A program made the translations under genes and the position numbers. From an uncultured Bacilli bacterium (lineage in GTDB: Bacteria > Bacillota_I > Bacilli_A > RF39 > UBA660): 64,000 nt of DNA. The stretch spans positions 22,337 to 86,336 of the forward strand of contig CAKOJR010000002.1 in NCBI GenBank assembly GCA_934090735.1, in the 5' to 3' direction. Each line of letters starts with the position of its first letter. The first letter of the stretch is position 1. Positions 46,401 to 55,349 of this stretch are shown here, in pieces. A model generated the notes under the pieces. It saw only the letters and a program-made list of their open reading frames with translations. It ran no database searches and was not told where the DNA came from.

Positions 46401-48047
46401 TCAGTATCTAGGGTATACTTTTGTAATATTTGTTGGGCTTTCTTTAAAAGCACGCTCGTTTACATATGTTATTGATGGGATTGATATATTGTATAAACTA
46501 TAGCATCTTCTAAAAGCAGATGAGCCTATTTCTTGTAAATTACTTCTTTCACTTATAATAACTTCAGAAAGGCTTGAAGCTTCATAAAAAGCATGAGCTC
46601 CTATTCTTTTTACTTTGTCTGGAATTGTTATACTTTTTAGTGAACTGCAATATTCAAAGGTGTCCCCTCTTATTTCTGTTAAGTTTTCTGACAATTTAAT
46701 GGTTTCTAATGAAGTGGCTCCGTAAAAAGATTCACCGCCTAAGAATGTTAAAGTATCTGGTAACTCAATTTCTTTTATTTTGCTAGCATTATAAAATGCT
46801 CCACCGCCAAGATATTCTAACTCTTTTGGTATATTTACAGAAACTAAATTTTTGCAGTTTTTAAATGCTTGCCCTCTTATTTCTTTGATGGTATCTGGGA
46901 GTTTAATACTTTCTAGAAATATCATGTTTGAAAAAGTATTACCTCTTAAGCTGATAACTTTTTTATTGTTATGAGTTTCTGGAATTGTTGCAGTTTTGAA
47001 GTTTGTTAAACCATATGCGTAGAATCTAACACCATAACCATCTTCAGTTTTTTCGTAAAGAATTTTTGGCGTAGAAAATATTATTAGTGGGAAGATAATT
47101 GCTATTAGGATGCTAATTACAAAAGATAGCCTGCTATTATCAGTTGTTAAATTACTTTTTTCTAGCATTATTATATTTGATATTTTTTCTTCTGGTCTAG
47201 CTTTTACTTGCTTTATAAGATATTTCATGAAGTTATATTTTCTTGAAAGTTTAAAGAAGATAAAGAGAAGGATAATTCCAATAATATATGTGCTTAAAGG
47301 AAAGTGAAAAAAGATTATTGTAATGTAGAAACAAAGTAATACAGAAAAAATAATATTTAATACTTTTTTCCTTTTTAAAACTTCATTTGGTATTAATTTA
47401 TTTGGCTCTTTGACTCCTAAATTGGCCATTTGTCTGCGTATAAATTCTTCAACGACCTCTTCTTCTGATAAAAGATACATTGGGTCAAAGTCAGTTATCT
47501 TTTTTATTGTTTGAGATAAATCTTTAGCAACAGCATTTGATAATGTCTTTTGGGCATCAAATGGTTCCCCGCAGTTTGTACAAAAATGATCAGTTATAAG
47601 TAGCGTTGTACCGCATTTGCTACACTTTAATTCTAAATTTTGTGGTTTTGTTTGAGCAGCTAGTTCGGCAAATTTTATAGCTTCTCTCTTTTTAAGTTTT
47701 CCAGATATGAAATAACAAATTGGAACAATAATAAAAGCTCCTATAAATACACTTATAAAATCTACTATAGCGATGCTTGTCGTAACAAAAAAGTCAAAAA
47801 ATAGTAATATTGCAGCTCTTATTGCAAACAAGATCCAGAAAAGTTTCTTACTATTTACCGGCGAAAATGCTTTAGCTATTGGTAGTAAGACAAAAATTGA
47901 CATATGTATAGAAACAAATGCTTCAATAAATAATGCAGATTTTATATCAAAATCGCCATTACTAGGCATGGTATAGGCATAAACTAGACTTGGATAAAGT
48001 AATAAACTATATATCAACATTATTTTAACAATTTTTTTAAACTTCAT
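46401..48047 (-). CDS. polytopic membrane protein with internal zinc ribbon and C-terminal BspA-type leucine-rich repeats
   Basis: Several TM helices, CSKCG..CTNCG, and repeats of the type LESIKLPDTIKEIRGQAFKNCKNLVSVNIP (LRR_5-like). Confidence 0.65.
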   Translation of the reverse strand: MKFKKIVKIMLIYSLLLYPSLVYAYTMPSNGDFDIKSALFIEAFVSIHMSIFVLLPIAKAFSPVNSKKLFWILFAIRAAILLFFDFFVTTSIAIVDFISVFIGAFIIVPICYFISGKLKKREAIKFAELAAQTKPQNLELKCSKCGTTLLITDHFCTNCGEPFDAQKTLSNAVAKDLSQTIKKITDFDPMYLLSEEEVVEEFIRRQMANLGVKEPNKLIPNEVLKRKKVLNIIFSVLLCFYITIIFFHFPLSTYIIGIILLFIFFKLSRKYNFMKYLIKQVKARPEEKISNIIMLEKSNLTTDNSRLSFVISILIAIIFPLIIFSTPKILYEKTEDGYGVRFYAYGLTNFKTATIPETHNNKKVISLRGNTFSNMIFLESIKLPDTIKEIRGQAFKNCKNLVSVNIPKELEYLGGGAFYNASKIKEIELPDTLTFLGGESFYGATSLETIKLSENLTEIRGDTFEYCSSLKSITIPDKVKRIGAHAFYEASSLSEVIISERSNLQEIGSSAFRRCYSLYNISIPSITYVNERAFKESPTNITKVYPRY

Positions 48048-48136
48048 AATACCACCTTACAATACATTTTATATTATAAATATTATAACATAACTTAATA
48101 TATTATTTGTATATTTTTTTGTGTGATTTATATAAC

Positions 48137-48161
48137 AAAAAAGATAGGTGTTAAACCTATC
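48137..48161 (-). terminator. rho-independent terminator after surface paralog P2
   Basis: GATAGGT-ttaac-ACCTATC followed by T6 on the - strand. Confidence 0.7.
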
Positions 48162-50076
48162 AATTAACAATGTAAGGGTCTTCTGAAGTGCCTGTGCCAC
48201 CTGAAATTGTTGTTGAGGATATAAGACTTATCGAAGGTCGAAGTCCAGTACCATCTTCAATGTCGCCTCGCACATTAAAATTATTAAATTCACCACTAGC
48301 CTTGACACCATAAATGAGAGAAATATAACCATCGTTATTTTGAGGTGACAAAGTCCACCAAGATGACCCACTTGCATTTTCGAGTAAGTAATAATTAGGA
48401 TTAAATCCTCCATTAAATCCACCTGCAAAAGAAATTTCATCAGCTGTTAATAATCCTATTTTATAAGTTAAATTACCATTACCATTTGTCGTATCACTTA
48501 CAGTAAATTTAGATAACTTGCCACCATTGTTGTCATTAGGACATTTTAGTGTTGGCTGTTTAGTTGAATCTATTCTATTATATGCACCATAATAGGTAAT
48601 ATTTTTGGCATAACCAAGCCCACTTGAAATACTTTTATCATTACACCATATTGTATCTGCTAATTTACTTTCATATTCAGTTAAATTATTTTTATACCAT
48701 GTTTCTAAATTTGTTAGTATTGTACTTTTATTTGTATTTGCATGCGTGCTTGCATAATCACTCGATCCGACCGTTCCATACATAAATCCAATGCTTGCAT
48801 TATCATAATAGTTATCATTAAATGCGGTTGTGTATGAACTTCCAGAATATCTTGCAAAGGTTGCTGTATTACTATTATTAGCAGATGAACATGGGTTAGA
48901 AACTTTATTTATATTATCATTATGTAAAATTAATTTTATTGAACCATCACCAGTTATTCTAACTATTCTCCAGCATTTACCCGCAAACTGCACATAATTA
49001 TTTTTTACAGCACCCCTAAAATAATACGACGTTCCATAATCATCTTCTGTGCTTGCTAAAATTGCTTCAGTTGTATTTTTATTTGATGATATTATTTTAT
49101 AAGTAAAACTATCTTTAGTTGCACTGACTATATAATATACCCTGCCTAAATTAGTTGCAGGTTGCATTGTACCTGCGGTACTTGATCCAGCATAATATAA
49201 AGAACTATCCGTCAAATATTTACCAACTAAACTAGAGTACGAATTTGCATATGTATCACTAGTTACTGCTGTTCCAGTTAAATTAAATTTTGTTCCATTT
49301 GCTGTCCATCCCGTTCCATACGTAATATAATGATTTTGAGCACTCGTTGATACACTTACTGTTTTACTCTCAGCGTCATCTAAAGTATAGGCACTCACTT
49401 CTTTACCAGGTACTGTGATTGCTTGTTTAACTTCATTGTTTTCACTCAATGTTGCAATAAATGTTCCACTATTTGCTTCATACCATCCTGATGGAGCTTG
49501 GGTAGCAAGGTTGCCTTTTTCATCTGTAATTTCAACATGAGCATTGAATGTCGCTCCTTGATTACTGTTTTGGTCTATGTCTTTTAATGGATAATATATT
49601 TTTAACTGATATGTATGAACTGCACTATCTGCTTTTAGAAAGTTACCTTTACCTAGTTCTAGTGAAGTACCTGTTAAATTAGTTTTTGATATAGTTGGCA
49701 CTACTTTCCCATTATCACTTGTATTAATACTTACTAATTCATATTGTAATGGATCAGAAGTAATAAATGTATTAGAGTCTACTACTAAAGTAAGTTTATA
49801 ATACATCTCAGCATCTGTATTATTATTACCAGTTACAGTTATTATTTTAGTAGCCCATACTTCATCTCTTGGGTATACTCCACTTAAACTTATTGTATTA
49901 CCACCATTATAGTTTATTTTCATAGTACCACCTTCAGCGGTTACTGTTGTTTCATCTTCCGAAGTTATACCTGAGGTAAAGTAAGCATAAGAAGCCCCTA
50001 CTGCTAGTACTATACATAATAGCATTACATAAACCATAACTTTTTTCTGTTTCTTTTGGATATCTTCTAGGTTCAT
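48160..50076 (-). CDS. large secreted protein, paralog P2
   Basis: 638 aa from the ATG at 50076 (MNLEDIQKKQKK..LAVGASYAYFTS). It shares the CWRIVRITGDGSIKLILHNDNINK block and the GTGTSEDPYIVN tail. The track's extra 16 codons run into the promoter. Confidence 0.8.
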   Translation of the reverse strand: MNLEDIQKKQKKVMVYVMLLCIVLAVGASYAYFTSGITSEDETTVTAEGGTMKINYNGGNTISLSGVYPRDEVWATKIITVTGNNNTDAEMYYKLTLVVDSNTFITSDPLQYELVSINTSDNGKVVPTISKTNLTGTSLELGKGNFLKADSAVHTYQLKIYYPLKDIDQNSNQGATFNAHVEITDEKGNLATQAPSGWYEANSGTFIATLSENNEVKQAITVPGKEVSAYTLDDAESKTVSVSTSAQNHYITYGTGWTANGTKFNLTGTAVTSDTYANSYSSLVGKYLTDSSLYYAGSSTAGTMQPATNLGRVYYIVSATKDSFTYKIISSNKNTTEAILASTEDDYGTSYYFRGAVKNNYVQFAGKCWRIVRITGDGSIKLILHNDNINKVSNPCSSANNSNTATFARYSGSSYTTAFNDNYYDNASIGFMYGTVGSSDYASTHANTNKSTILTNLETWYKNNLTEYESKLADTIWCNDKSISSGLGYAKNITYYGAYNRIDSTKQPTLKCPNDNNGGKLSKFTVSDTTNGNGNLTYKIGLLTADEISFAGGFNGGFNPNYYLLENASGSSWWTLSPQNNDGYISLIYGVKASGEFNNFNVRGDIEDGTGLRPSISLISSTTISGGTGTSEDPYIVN

Positions 50077-50101
50077 ATTATATCTACTTCTTTCTATTAT
50101 T

Positions 50102-50129
50102 AGTATATAATACACCCCCCCCATGTCAA
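50102..50129 (-). promoter_or_regulatory. promoter of P2 with G8 tract in the spacer
   Basis: - strand TTGACA(50129-50124)-16 nt-TATACT(50107-50102). The spacer contains G8 (C8 on the + strand, 50115-50122). Confidence 0.55.
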
Positions 50130-50212
50130 GTTAATATTTGGCTGATTTTGTTCTATGGCTTGCATTTTATTTAATATAAATAATCAGCTGTAAAACTGAT
50201 TTATTTCTTTAG

Positions 50213-50289
50213 TGGCGTCCTTGGGCAGATTCGAACTGCCGACCTATCGCTTAGGAGGCGATTGCACTATCCTACTGTGCTACAAGGAC
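50213..50289 (-). tRNA. tRNA-Arg (anticodon CCU)
   Basis: 77-nt cloverleaf GTCCTTG..ATCGC-CTCCTAA-GCGAT..GGCAG-TTCGAAT-CTGCC-CAAGGAC-G-CCA. Confidence 0.9.
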
Positions 50290-50337
50290 ATATTAAGATT
50301 ATACCACAATAAGCATAAAAAAAATAGGAATTTCTTC

Positions 50338-50796
50338 CTATTTGTCTGTTGAACCAAATCCACCAGTACGTTTACCAGTTGCGTTATCATTATCAGTAAT
50401 TAAATATTTTTGAAAGATAACTTGACCGATAACGTCGCCTTTTTTAATAGTAATATCTTCATTAAAGAAGTTATAATAAGCAAACATAAAGTGTCCATCG
50501 TTATCTGGGTTATTATAGTAATCACTGTCAATTACACCAATACTATTTGCCATTACTAGTCCTTTTTTAAATGGGTTTGAACTTCTATTAGCAAGCATGA
50601 ACCATTCGTCACTTTGGCAGTATGCTTTTAGTCCTGTTGGTATAAGGGTCGGCTTGTCTCCTAATTTAAATGGATGAATTACAACGTCTTCAGCAGCTTC
50701 TACGTCATAACCGGCGGAATTTGCTGTTTTTCTAATTGGAATATTTATATTTTTATCTTCCCAGCCTTTTGCTACTTCAAAACCTCTTAACTTCAT
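50338..50796 (-). CDS. dut: dUTP diphosphatase (trimeric dUTPase family)
   Basis: SAGYDV, GVIDSDYYN, RTGGFGSTDK. Confidence 0.85.
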   Translation of the reverse strand: MKLRGFEVAKGWEDKNINIPIRKTANSAGYDVEAAEDVVIHPFKLGDKPTLIPTGLKAYCQSDEWFMLANRSSNPFKKGLVMANSIGVIDSDYYNNPDNDGHFMFAYYNFFNEDITIKKGDVIGQVIFQKYLITDNDNATGKRTGGFGSTDK

Positions 50797-51293
50797 AAAT
50801 TTTTCTCCTCTACTACTTTGCCTTTTTTCATTGTTTTTTTTACATTAATAACTCTTTGATTGCTTGAGCCAGAATATAAAAGTTTGGGATTTTTATTTTC
50901 TTCTTCAAACTGGCCATCTACAATGAAATCGGCGTATTTTGTTATTTCTTTATCCATAACATAATCTTCAAAATTAAAGCCGGTCCATATCCAAATGCTT
51001 TTATCAGGATATTTTTCTTTAAAGGCTTTTGCTAGCTTTGTAGTGGCTTCAATATTTTTATTATGAAGTGGCTCACCACCTAAAATAGATAGACCTACTA
51101 TGTAACTGTTACTTGCAAGTGATAATATTTCATTTATAGTATCGTCAGTGAATTCTTTGCCACCATTAAAGTCATGGGTTTCTGGGTTAAAACAATTTTT
51201 ACAGTTAAATGTACAACCTTGCATGAATATGGAAACTCTAACGCCAGGGCCATTAGAGATATCCATTTTTCTTATTTTATTAAACCTAGCCAT
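50793..51293 (-). CDS. nrdG: anaerobic ribonucleoside-triphosphate reductase activating protein
   Basis: GPGVRVSIFMQGCTFNCKNCFNPET radical-SAM motif. It overlaps the nrdD stop. Confidence 0.9.
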   Translation of the reverse strand: MARFNKIRKMDISNGPGVRVSIFMQGCTFNCKNCFNPETHDFNGGKEFTDDTINEILSLASNSYIVGLSILGGEPLHNKNIEATTKLAKAFKEKYPDKSIWIWTGFNFEDYVMDKEITKYADFIVDGQFEEENKNPKLLYSGSSNQRVINVKKTMKKGKVVEEKNL

Positions 51294-53446
51294 TATGCAT
51301 CCTTATTGTCTAAGTGTAAAACTCTTTCTTTAATTTCTTGAGTTCGTCCTTTATTCCAGAATTTGGTACCAATGTAACCACATGTTCTTCTGGCTACATT
51401 AAGTGTGTCATGGTCTTTGTTTCCACAGTTTGGGCAGTACCATTCTAAATCATCATTAATTAAGATTTCTCCATCATATCCACATTTTTGGCAGTAGTCA
51501 CTTTTAGTGTTTAATTCAGCATACATAATATTGTCATAAATGAATTTAATAACTTCGATAACAGCTGGAATATTATTTTGTAAGTTAGGTGTTTCAATGT
51601 ATGAGATTGCTCCACCTGGGGATAATTTTTGGAATTCACTTTCAAGTGATAATTTTGTAAAGGCATCTATTTCTTCAAATACTGGTACATGATAAGAGTT
51701 AGTAATATAGTTGCGGTCAGTGATTCCTTTAATAATGCCAAAACGTTCTTTTAAGCATTTAGCAAATTTATATGTAGTGCTTTCAATTGGAGTTCCGTAA
51801 ACACTGTAGTCCATGTTTTCAGCTTCTTTCCACTCTTTACATTTATCATTTAATTTTTGCATTACTTCTAAGGCAAATTCTTTTCCTTTTCCATTATCTG
51901 TGTGTGAGTGTCCTGTCATAAATTTAACACATTCATATAGGCCGGCATAACCTAAACTGATTGTTGAGTATCCGCCATGTAATAGTTCATGAATGCTTTC
52001 ACCTTTACCTAATCTAGCAAGAGCACCATGTTGCCATAATATAGGAGCTACATCACTTGTTGCTTTAGCTAGACGTTTATGTCTAATTTGAAGAGCTCTA
52101 TGACATAGTTCTAGTCTTTCATCAAAGATTTTCCAGAATAGTTCTTCGTCTTTGTCTGCGGATAGTGCCACGTCAACTAAATTGATAGTAACAACACCTT
52201 GATTAAATCTACCATAATATTTTGGTTTACCTTCTTTATCTAAATATGGTGTTAAGAAGCTTCTGCATCCCATGCATGGATAGCACTGGCCATCACCATT
52301 TTTATCAACTTTAAGCTTCTTCATCATTTTTTCTGAAATATAATCTGGTACCATTCTTTTTGCAGTACATTTAGCGGCTAACTCTGTTAGGTAATAGTAT
52401 TTACTATTTTCATGAATGTTATCTTCTTCTAATACGTATAGAAGTTTTGGAAATGCTGGAGTGATATAAACGCCTTTTTCATTTTTCATACCTTCAATTC
52501 TTTGATTTAAGAATTCTTCAATAATCATTGCTAGTTCTTCTTTATATTCTTTTGTTTCACCTAAATACATACAAACACTTAGAAATGGTGCTTGACCATT
52601 AGTGGTTGTCATTGAGTTAACTTGATATTGGAATGTTTGAACGCCAGCTGTTATTTCAGTTTTTAAATCTTCTTTTGCGTATTTTTCACAATCTTCTTTT
52701 GAGAATTTTCTATTTTTATAAATTTTTAAGTAGCGGTTATAACTATCTCTAACAAATGGGGCTAAGTGAGTAAGAGTTATTGTGCATCCACCATATTGGC
52801 TAGAAGATACTGCAGTTATAATTTGTGTTGCAATAGTTACTGCTGTTAAGAATTTATGTGGCTTTTCAATCATCACGCCATTGATATTTGTTCCATTTTG
52901 AAGCATGTCTTCTAAATTGATAAGGTCACAGTTGTGAAGTGCATTTTGGGCAAAATAATCTGCATCATGGAAGTGAATAATTCCTGCGTCGTGAGCTTCA
53001 ACAATTTCTTCTGGTAATAAGAATCTTCTTGTAATATCTGTACTTGTAATACCAGCTAGATAGTCTCTTTGGGTTGTTACGATTTTAGCATTTTTATTTG
53101 AGTTTTCAGTGTTCCAGTATTCATTTTCACCGTCGATAAGTTCTTTAATTGCTAAATCAGTTGTATTACTTCTTCTAACTAGTTCTCTAGTGTATCGATA
53201 TGTAATATACTTTTTAGCTAGTTGATATTTACCAATACTCATAAGTTTCATTTCAATAATATCTTGAATGTCTTCTACTAGAATTCTTTTCTTACCTAAA
53301 GACTCAATATATTTAATAATATTTTTTATTTGAGTGTTGCTTGCTTGCTCGCTTTCCTCAACTTCTTTGTTAGCTTTTAAAATAGCTTCTTCAATTTTTT
53401 CTGGACAATAATCCACCATATGTCCGTCTCGTTTAATTACTTTCAT
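51293..53446 (-). CDS. nrdD: anaerobic ribonucleoside-triphosphate reductase
   Basis: 717 aa with an ATP-cone N-terminus, a C-terminal zinc ribbon CQKCG..CPNCG, and the glycyl-radical motif RRTCGYIG. Confidence 0.93.
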   Translation of the reverse strand: MKVIKRDGHMVDYCPEKIEEAILKANKEVEESEQASNTQIKNIIKYIESLGKKRILVEDIQDIIEMKLMSIGKYQLAKKYITYRYTRELVRRSNTTDLAIKELIDGENEYWNTENSNKNAKIVTTQRDYLAGITSTDITRRFLLPEEIVEAHDAGIIHFHDADYFAQNALHNCDLINLEDMLQNGTNINGVMIEKPHKFLTAVTIATQIITAVSSSQYGGCTITLTHLAPFVRDSYNRYLKIYKNRKFSKEDCEKYAKEDLKTEITAGVQTFQYQVNSMTTTNGQAPFLSVCMYLGETKEYKEELAMIIEEFLNQRIEGMKNEKGVYITPAFPKLLYVLEEDNIHENSKYYYLTELAAKCTAKRMVPDYISEKMMKKLKVDKNGDGQCYPCMGCRSFLTPYLDKEGKPKYYGRFNQGVVTINLVDVALSADKDEELFWKIFDERLELCHRALQIRHKRLAKATSDVAPILWQHGALARLGKGESIHELLHGGYSTISLGYAGLYECVKFMTGHSHTDNGKGKEFALEVMQKLNDKCKEWKEAENMDYSVYGTPIESTTYKFAKCLKERFGIIKGITDRNYITNSYHVPVFEEIDAFTKLSLESEFQKLSPGGAISYIETPNLQNNIPAVIEVIKFIYDNIMYAELNTKSDYCQKCGYDGEILINDDLEWYCPNCGNKDHDTLNVARRTCGYIGTKFWNKGRTQEIKERVLHLDNKDA

Positions 53447-53502
53447 TTTACTTCCTCCCTACATTGAACAACTTCATTATAACGTCTTAATAATAAATTC
53501 CA

Positions 53503-53520
53503 TTGTTGCAATTGCAACAA
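53503..53520. promoter_or_regulatory. 18-bp perfect palindrome, candidate operator between nrdD and the Crp/Fnr gene
   Basis: TTGTTGCAATTGCAACAA. The right half supplies the -35 (TTGCAA, 53512-53517) of the regulator promoter (17 nt to TGaTAAAAT, 53535-53540). Confidence 0.5.
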
Positions 53521-53558
53521 AATCGAAATAATGATAAAATTGTTTTGGGTGATAAAAA

Positions 53559-54200
53559 ATGAACGATCTTTTTAAAAATATTCATCCCAGTAAACAAGGT
53601 CTTTTACTAAAAATGTTGGAGTCAATCACTTTACATTTTAATGTAAATGAACTTATTTTGAGTAAAATTAAAATAGATGATTTTATCGCGATTATTACTG
53701 AAGGAGAAGCCAACCTTATAAAGACTGATAGTAATGGTAATAAGTTAATTATTGAAGAACTTGCAGAAGGTAATATCTTTGGTACTAATATTTCTAATTT
53801 AAATAATAAAGAGTATGAAATAGAATCAAAGTCTGATATTACTATTACATTTATTGAAATGCATTTTATTTTAAATCCTAAAAATACTACTTCACAAATC
53901 TATGCACAATTTTTGATGAATTTATTAGAACTTTTAAATAATAAGTATACAGAAGCAAGCCGAAGAATAGATATACTAACTAATAAAACTATAAGAAATA
54001 AGTTACTTGAATATTTTAAGAATTCATATCAAGAAACAAATGCCAGGGTATTATATTTAAAATCTAGTTTTACGGCTTTGGCAGATTATCTTGCCGTTGA
54101 TAGGAGTGCTATGACAAGAGAGCTTAAAAATCTTAAGGATGAGGGATTAATTGAAATAAAAAATAAAAAAATTAAACTATTGTATTTTCCACTTGACTAG
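53559..54200 (+). CDS. Crp/Fnr-family transcriptional regulator (no Cys residues)
   Basis: An N-terminal cNMP-binding-like beta-roll and a C-terminal HTH (LADYLAVDRSAMTRELKNLKDEGLI). The 213-aa sequence has no cysteine, so it is not an Fe-S FNR. Confidence 0.75.
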   Translation: MNDLFKNIHPSKQGLLLKMLESITLHFNVNELILSKIKIDDFIAIITEGEANLIKTDSNGNKLIIEELAEGNIFGTNISNLNNKEYEIESKSDITITFIEMHFILNPKNTTSQIYAQFLMNLLELLNNKYTEASRRIDILTNKTIRNKLLEYFKNSYQETNARVLYLKSSFTALADYLAVDRSAMTRELKNLKDEGLIEIKNKKIKLLYFPLD

Positions 54201-54220
54201 TGTTATAATTGACATGTACT

Positions 54221-54306
54221 GCTCGTATGGCGGAATTGGTAGACGCGATAGACTCAAAATCTATTTCCCACAAGGAGTATCGGTTCGACTCCGATTACGA
54301 GCACCA
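54221..54306 (+). tRNA. tRNA-Leu (anticodon CAA)
   Basis: 86 nt with a long variable arm, anticodon arm ATAGA-CTCAAAA-TCTAT, acceptor GCTCGTA/TACGAGC, and encoded CCA. The extended -10 TGTTATAAT at 54201-54209 is upstream. Confidence 0.9.
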
Positions 54307-54307
54307 G

Positions 54308-54383
54308 TGCCCAGTAGCCAAGCGGTAAGGCATTAGGCTCTGACCCTAACATTTCATAGGTTCGAATCCTATCTGGGCAGCCA
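54308..54383 (+). tRNA. tRNA-Gln (anticodon CUG)
   Basis: 76 nt with D arm GCCAAGCGGTAAGGC, anticodon arm TTAGG-CTCTGAC-CCTAA, and encoded CCA. Confidence 0.85.
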
Positions 54384-54393
54384 TAAAAAAATA

Positions 54394-54421
54394 ACAGACA
54401 CATTTAGTGCCTGTTTTTTTA
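54394..54421. terminator. bidirectional terminator (tRNA operon / convergent - strand operon)
   Basis: ACAGACAC-attta-GTGCCTGT, flanked by an A-run on the left and a T-run on the right. Confidence 0.6.
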
Positions 54422-54790
54422 TTGTAGTACATCTTGATAATAAAATTTTAAAACATATACTGCTTGTTGTGCATATAGTTTATCTTCTTCACTTAAGCCT
54501 TTGCTTGTGATAAGACTATCTAATTCACCATAATATTCAAGTTTGTTTCTATAGTGCATTTCCACTCCTGGTTTAAACATTCCAGTATAGCCTTCACTTT
54601 TAATGTATGGTGATGGTAATGTGTTAAATGTTCTTCTTAAAAAGTCGTTAGCACTAAAAACATAAGTTTTTACTACGTCTTTAAAAGCATTATATATTTT
54701 AGTGCATTCTTCTTTATCTTGTGCATTATTTATACTTGCATTGTATTTATCTAGATCAGCTTTAAACTCCCTTATATCCTTATTAATCAT
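54419..54790 (-). CDS. hypothetical protein downstream of scpB
   Basis: 123 aa from the ATG at 54790 (AAGGAGG SD). It overlaps the scpB stop by 8 nt. The track's longer form is rejected. Confidence 0.55.
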   Translation of the reverse strand: MINKDIREFKADLDKYNASINNAQDKEECTKIYNAFKDVVKTYVFSANDFLRRTFNTLPSPYIKSEGYTGMFKPGVEMHYRNKLEYYGELDSLITSKGLSEEDKLYAQQAVYVLKFYYQDVLQ

Positions 54791-55349
54791 TCTTATCCTC
54801 CTTATACATCGAATAATATAAATCGTCACTATCATTTGGATGAAGTGTGCTTTCTACTTTAGGTAAGTCGTTTAAACTTCCTAGGCCAAAAAAATCTAAA
54901 AAGTATTTTGATACCGAATATAGATTAGGTCTTCCTGCTAAATCACTTTTGCCACTTACATATATTAAATCCTTTGCTAGGAGTTTTCTTAAAGTATAAG
55001 ATGATGATACGCCTCTCATTTCATCTATTTCTAATCTAGTTAGTGGACCATTATATGCAATAATTGCTAAGGTTTCTAAGGCTGCATTACTAAGTTCATC
55101 ACTTTCAGGAGTTTCAATAAGTCTTTGATAATATTCTTTGTGTTCTCTTTTGGTTGTTAGTTTAAATCTCTCTCCTAAATAGCTTATTCTTAAACCAAAT
55201 TCATCACTTTCGTATCTTTTTTGAAGCATGCTAAGTAGATTTTTTGCTTCTGTTTCATTAATTTCTAAAATTGCTTTTATGTTTTCTATAGTAAGGCCTT
55301 CGTCTCCTACGGCAAATAGTAAGCCTTCTAAAATACCTAATTTATTCAT
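54783..55349 (-). CDS. scpB: segregation and condensation protein B
   Basis: LEGLLFAVGDEGLT, ..LETLAIIAYNGPLTRLEIDEMRG.., and the scpA-scpB context. Confidence 0.9.
   Translation of the reverse strand: MNKLGILEGLLFAVGDEGLTIENIKAILEINETEAKNLLSMLQKRYESDEFGLRISYLGERFKLTTKREHKEYYQRLIETPESDELSNAALETLAIIAYNGPLTRLEIDEMRGVSSSYTLRKLLAKDLIYVSGKSDLAGRPNLYSVSKYFLDFFGLGSLNDLPKVESTLHPNDSDDLYYSMYKEDKND

Noticed and set aside
48228-48440. 70-aa same-strand ORF inside paralog P2
   Set aside because: It is an alternative frame within a well-supported 638-aa CDS, with no independent signals.
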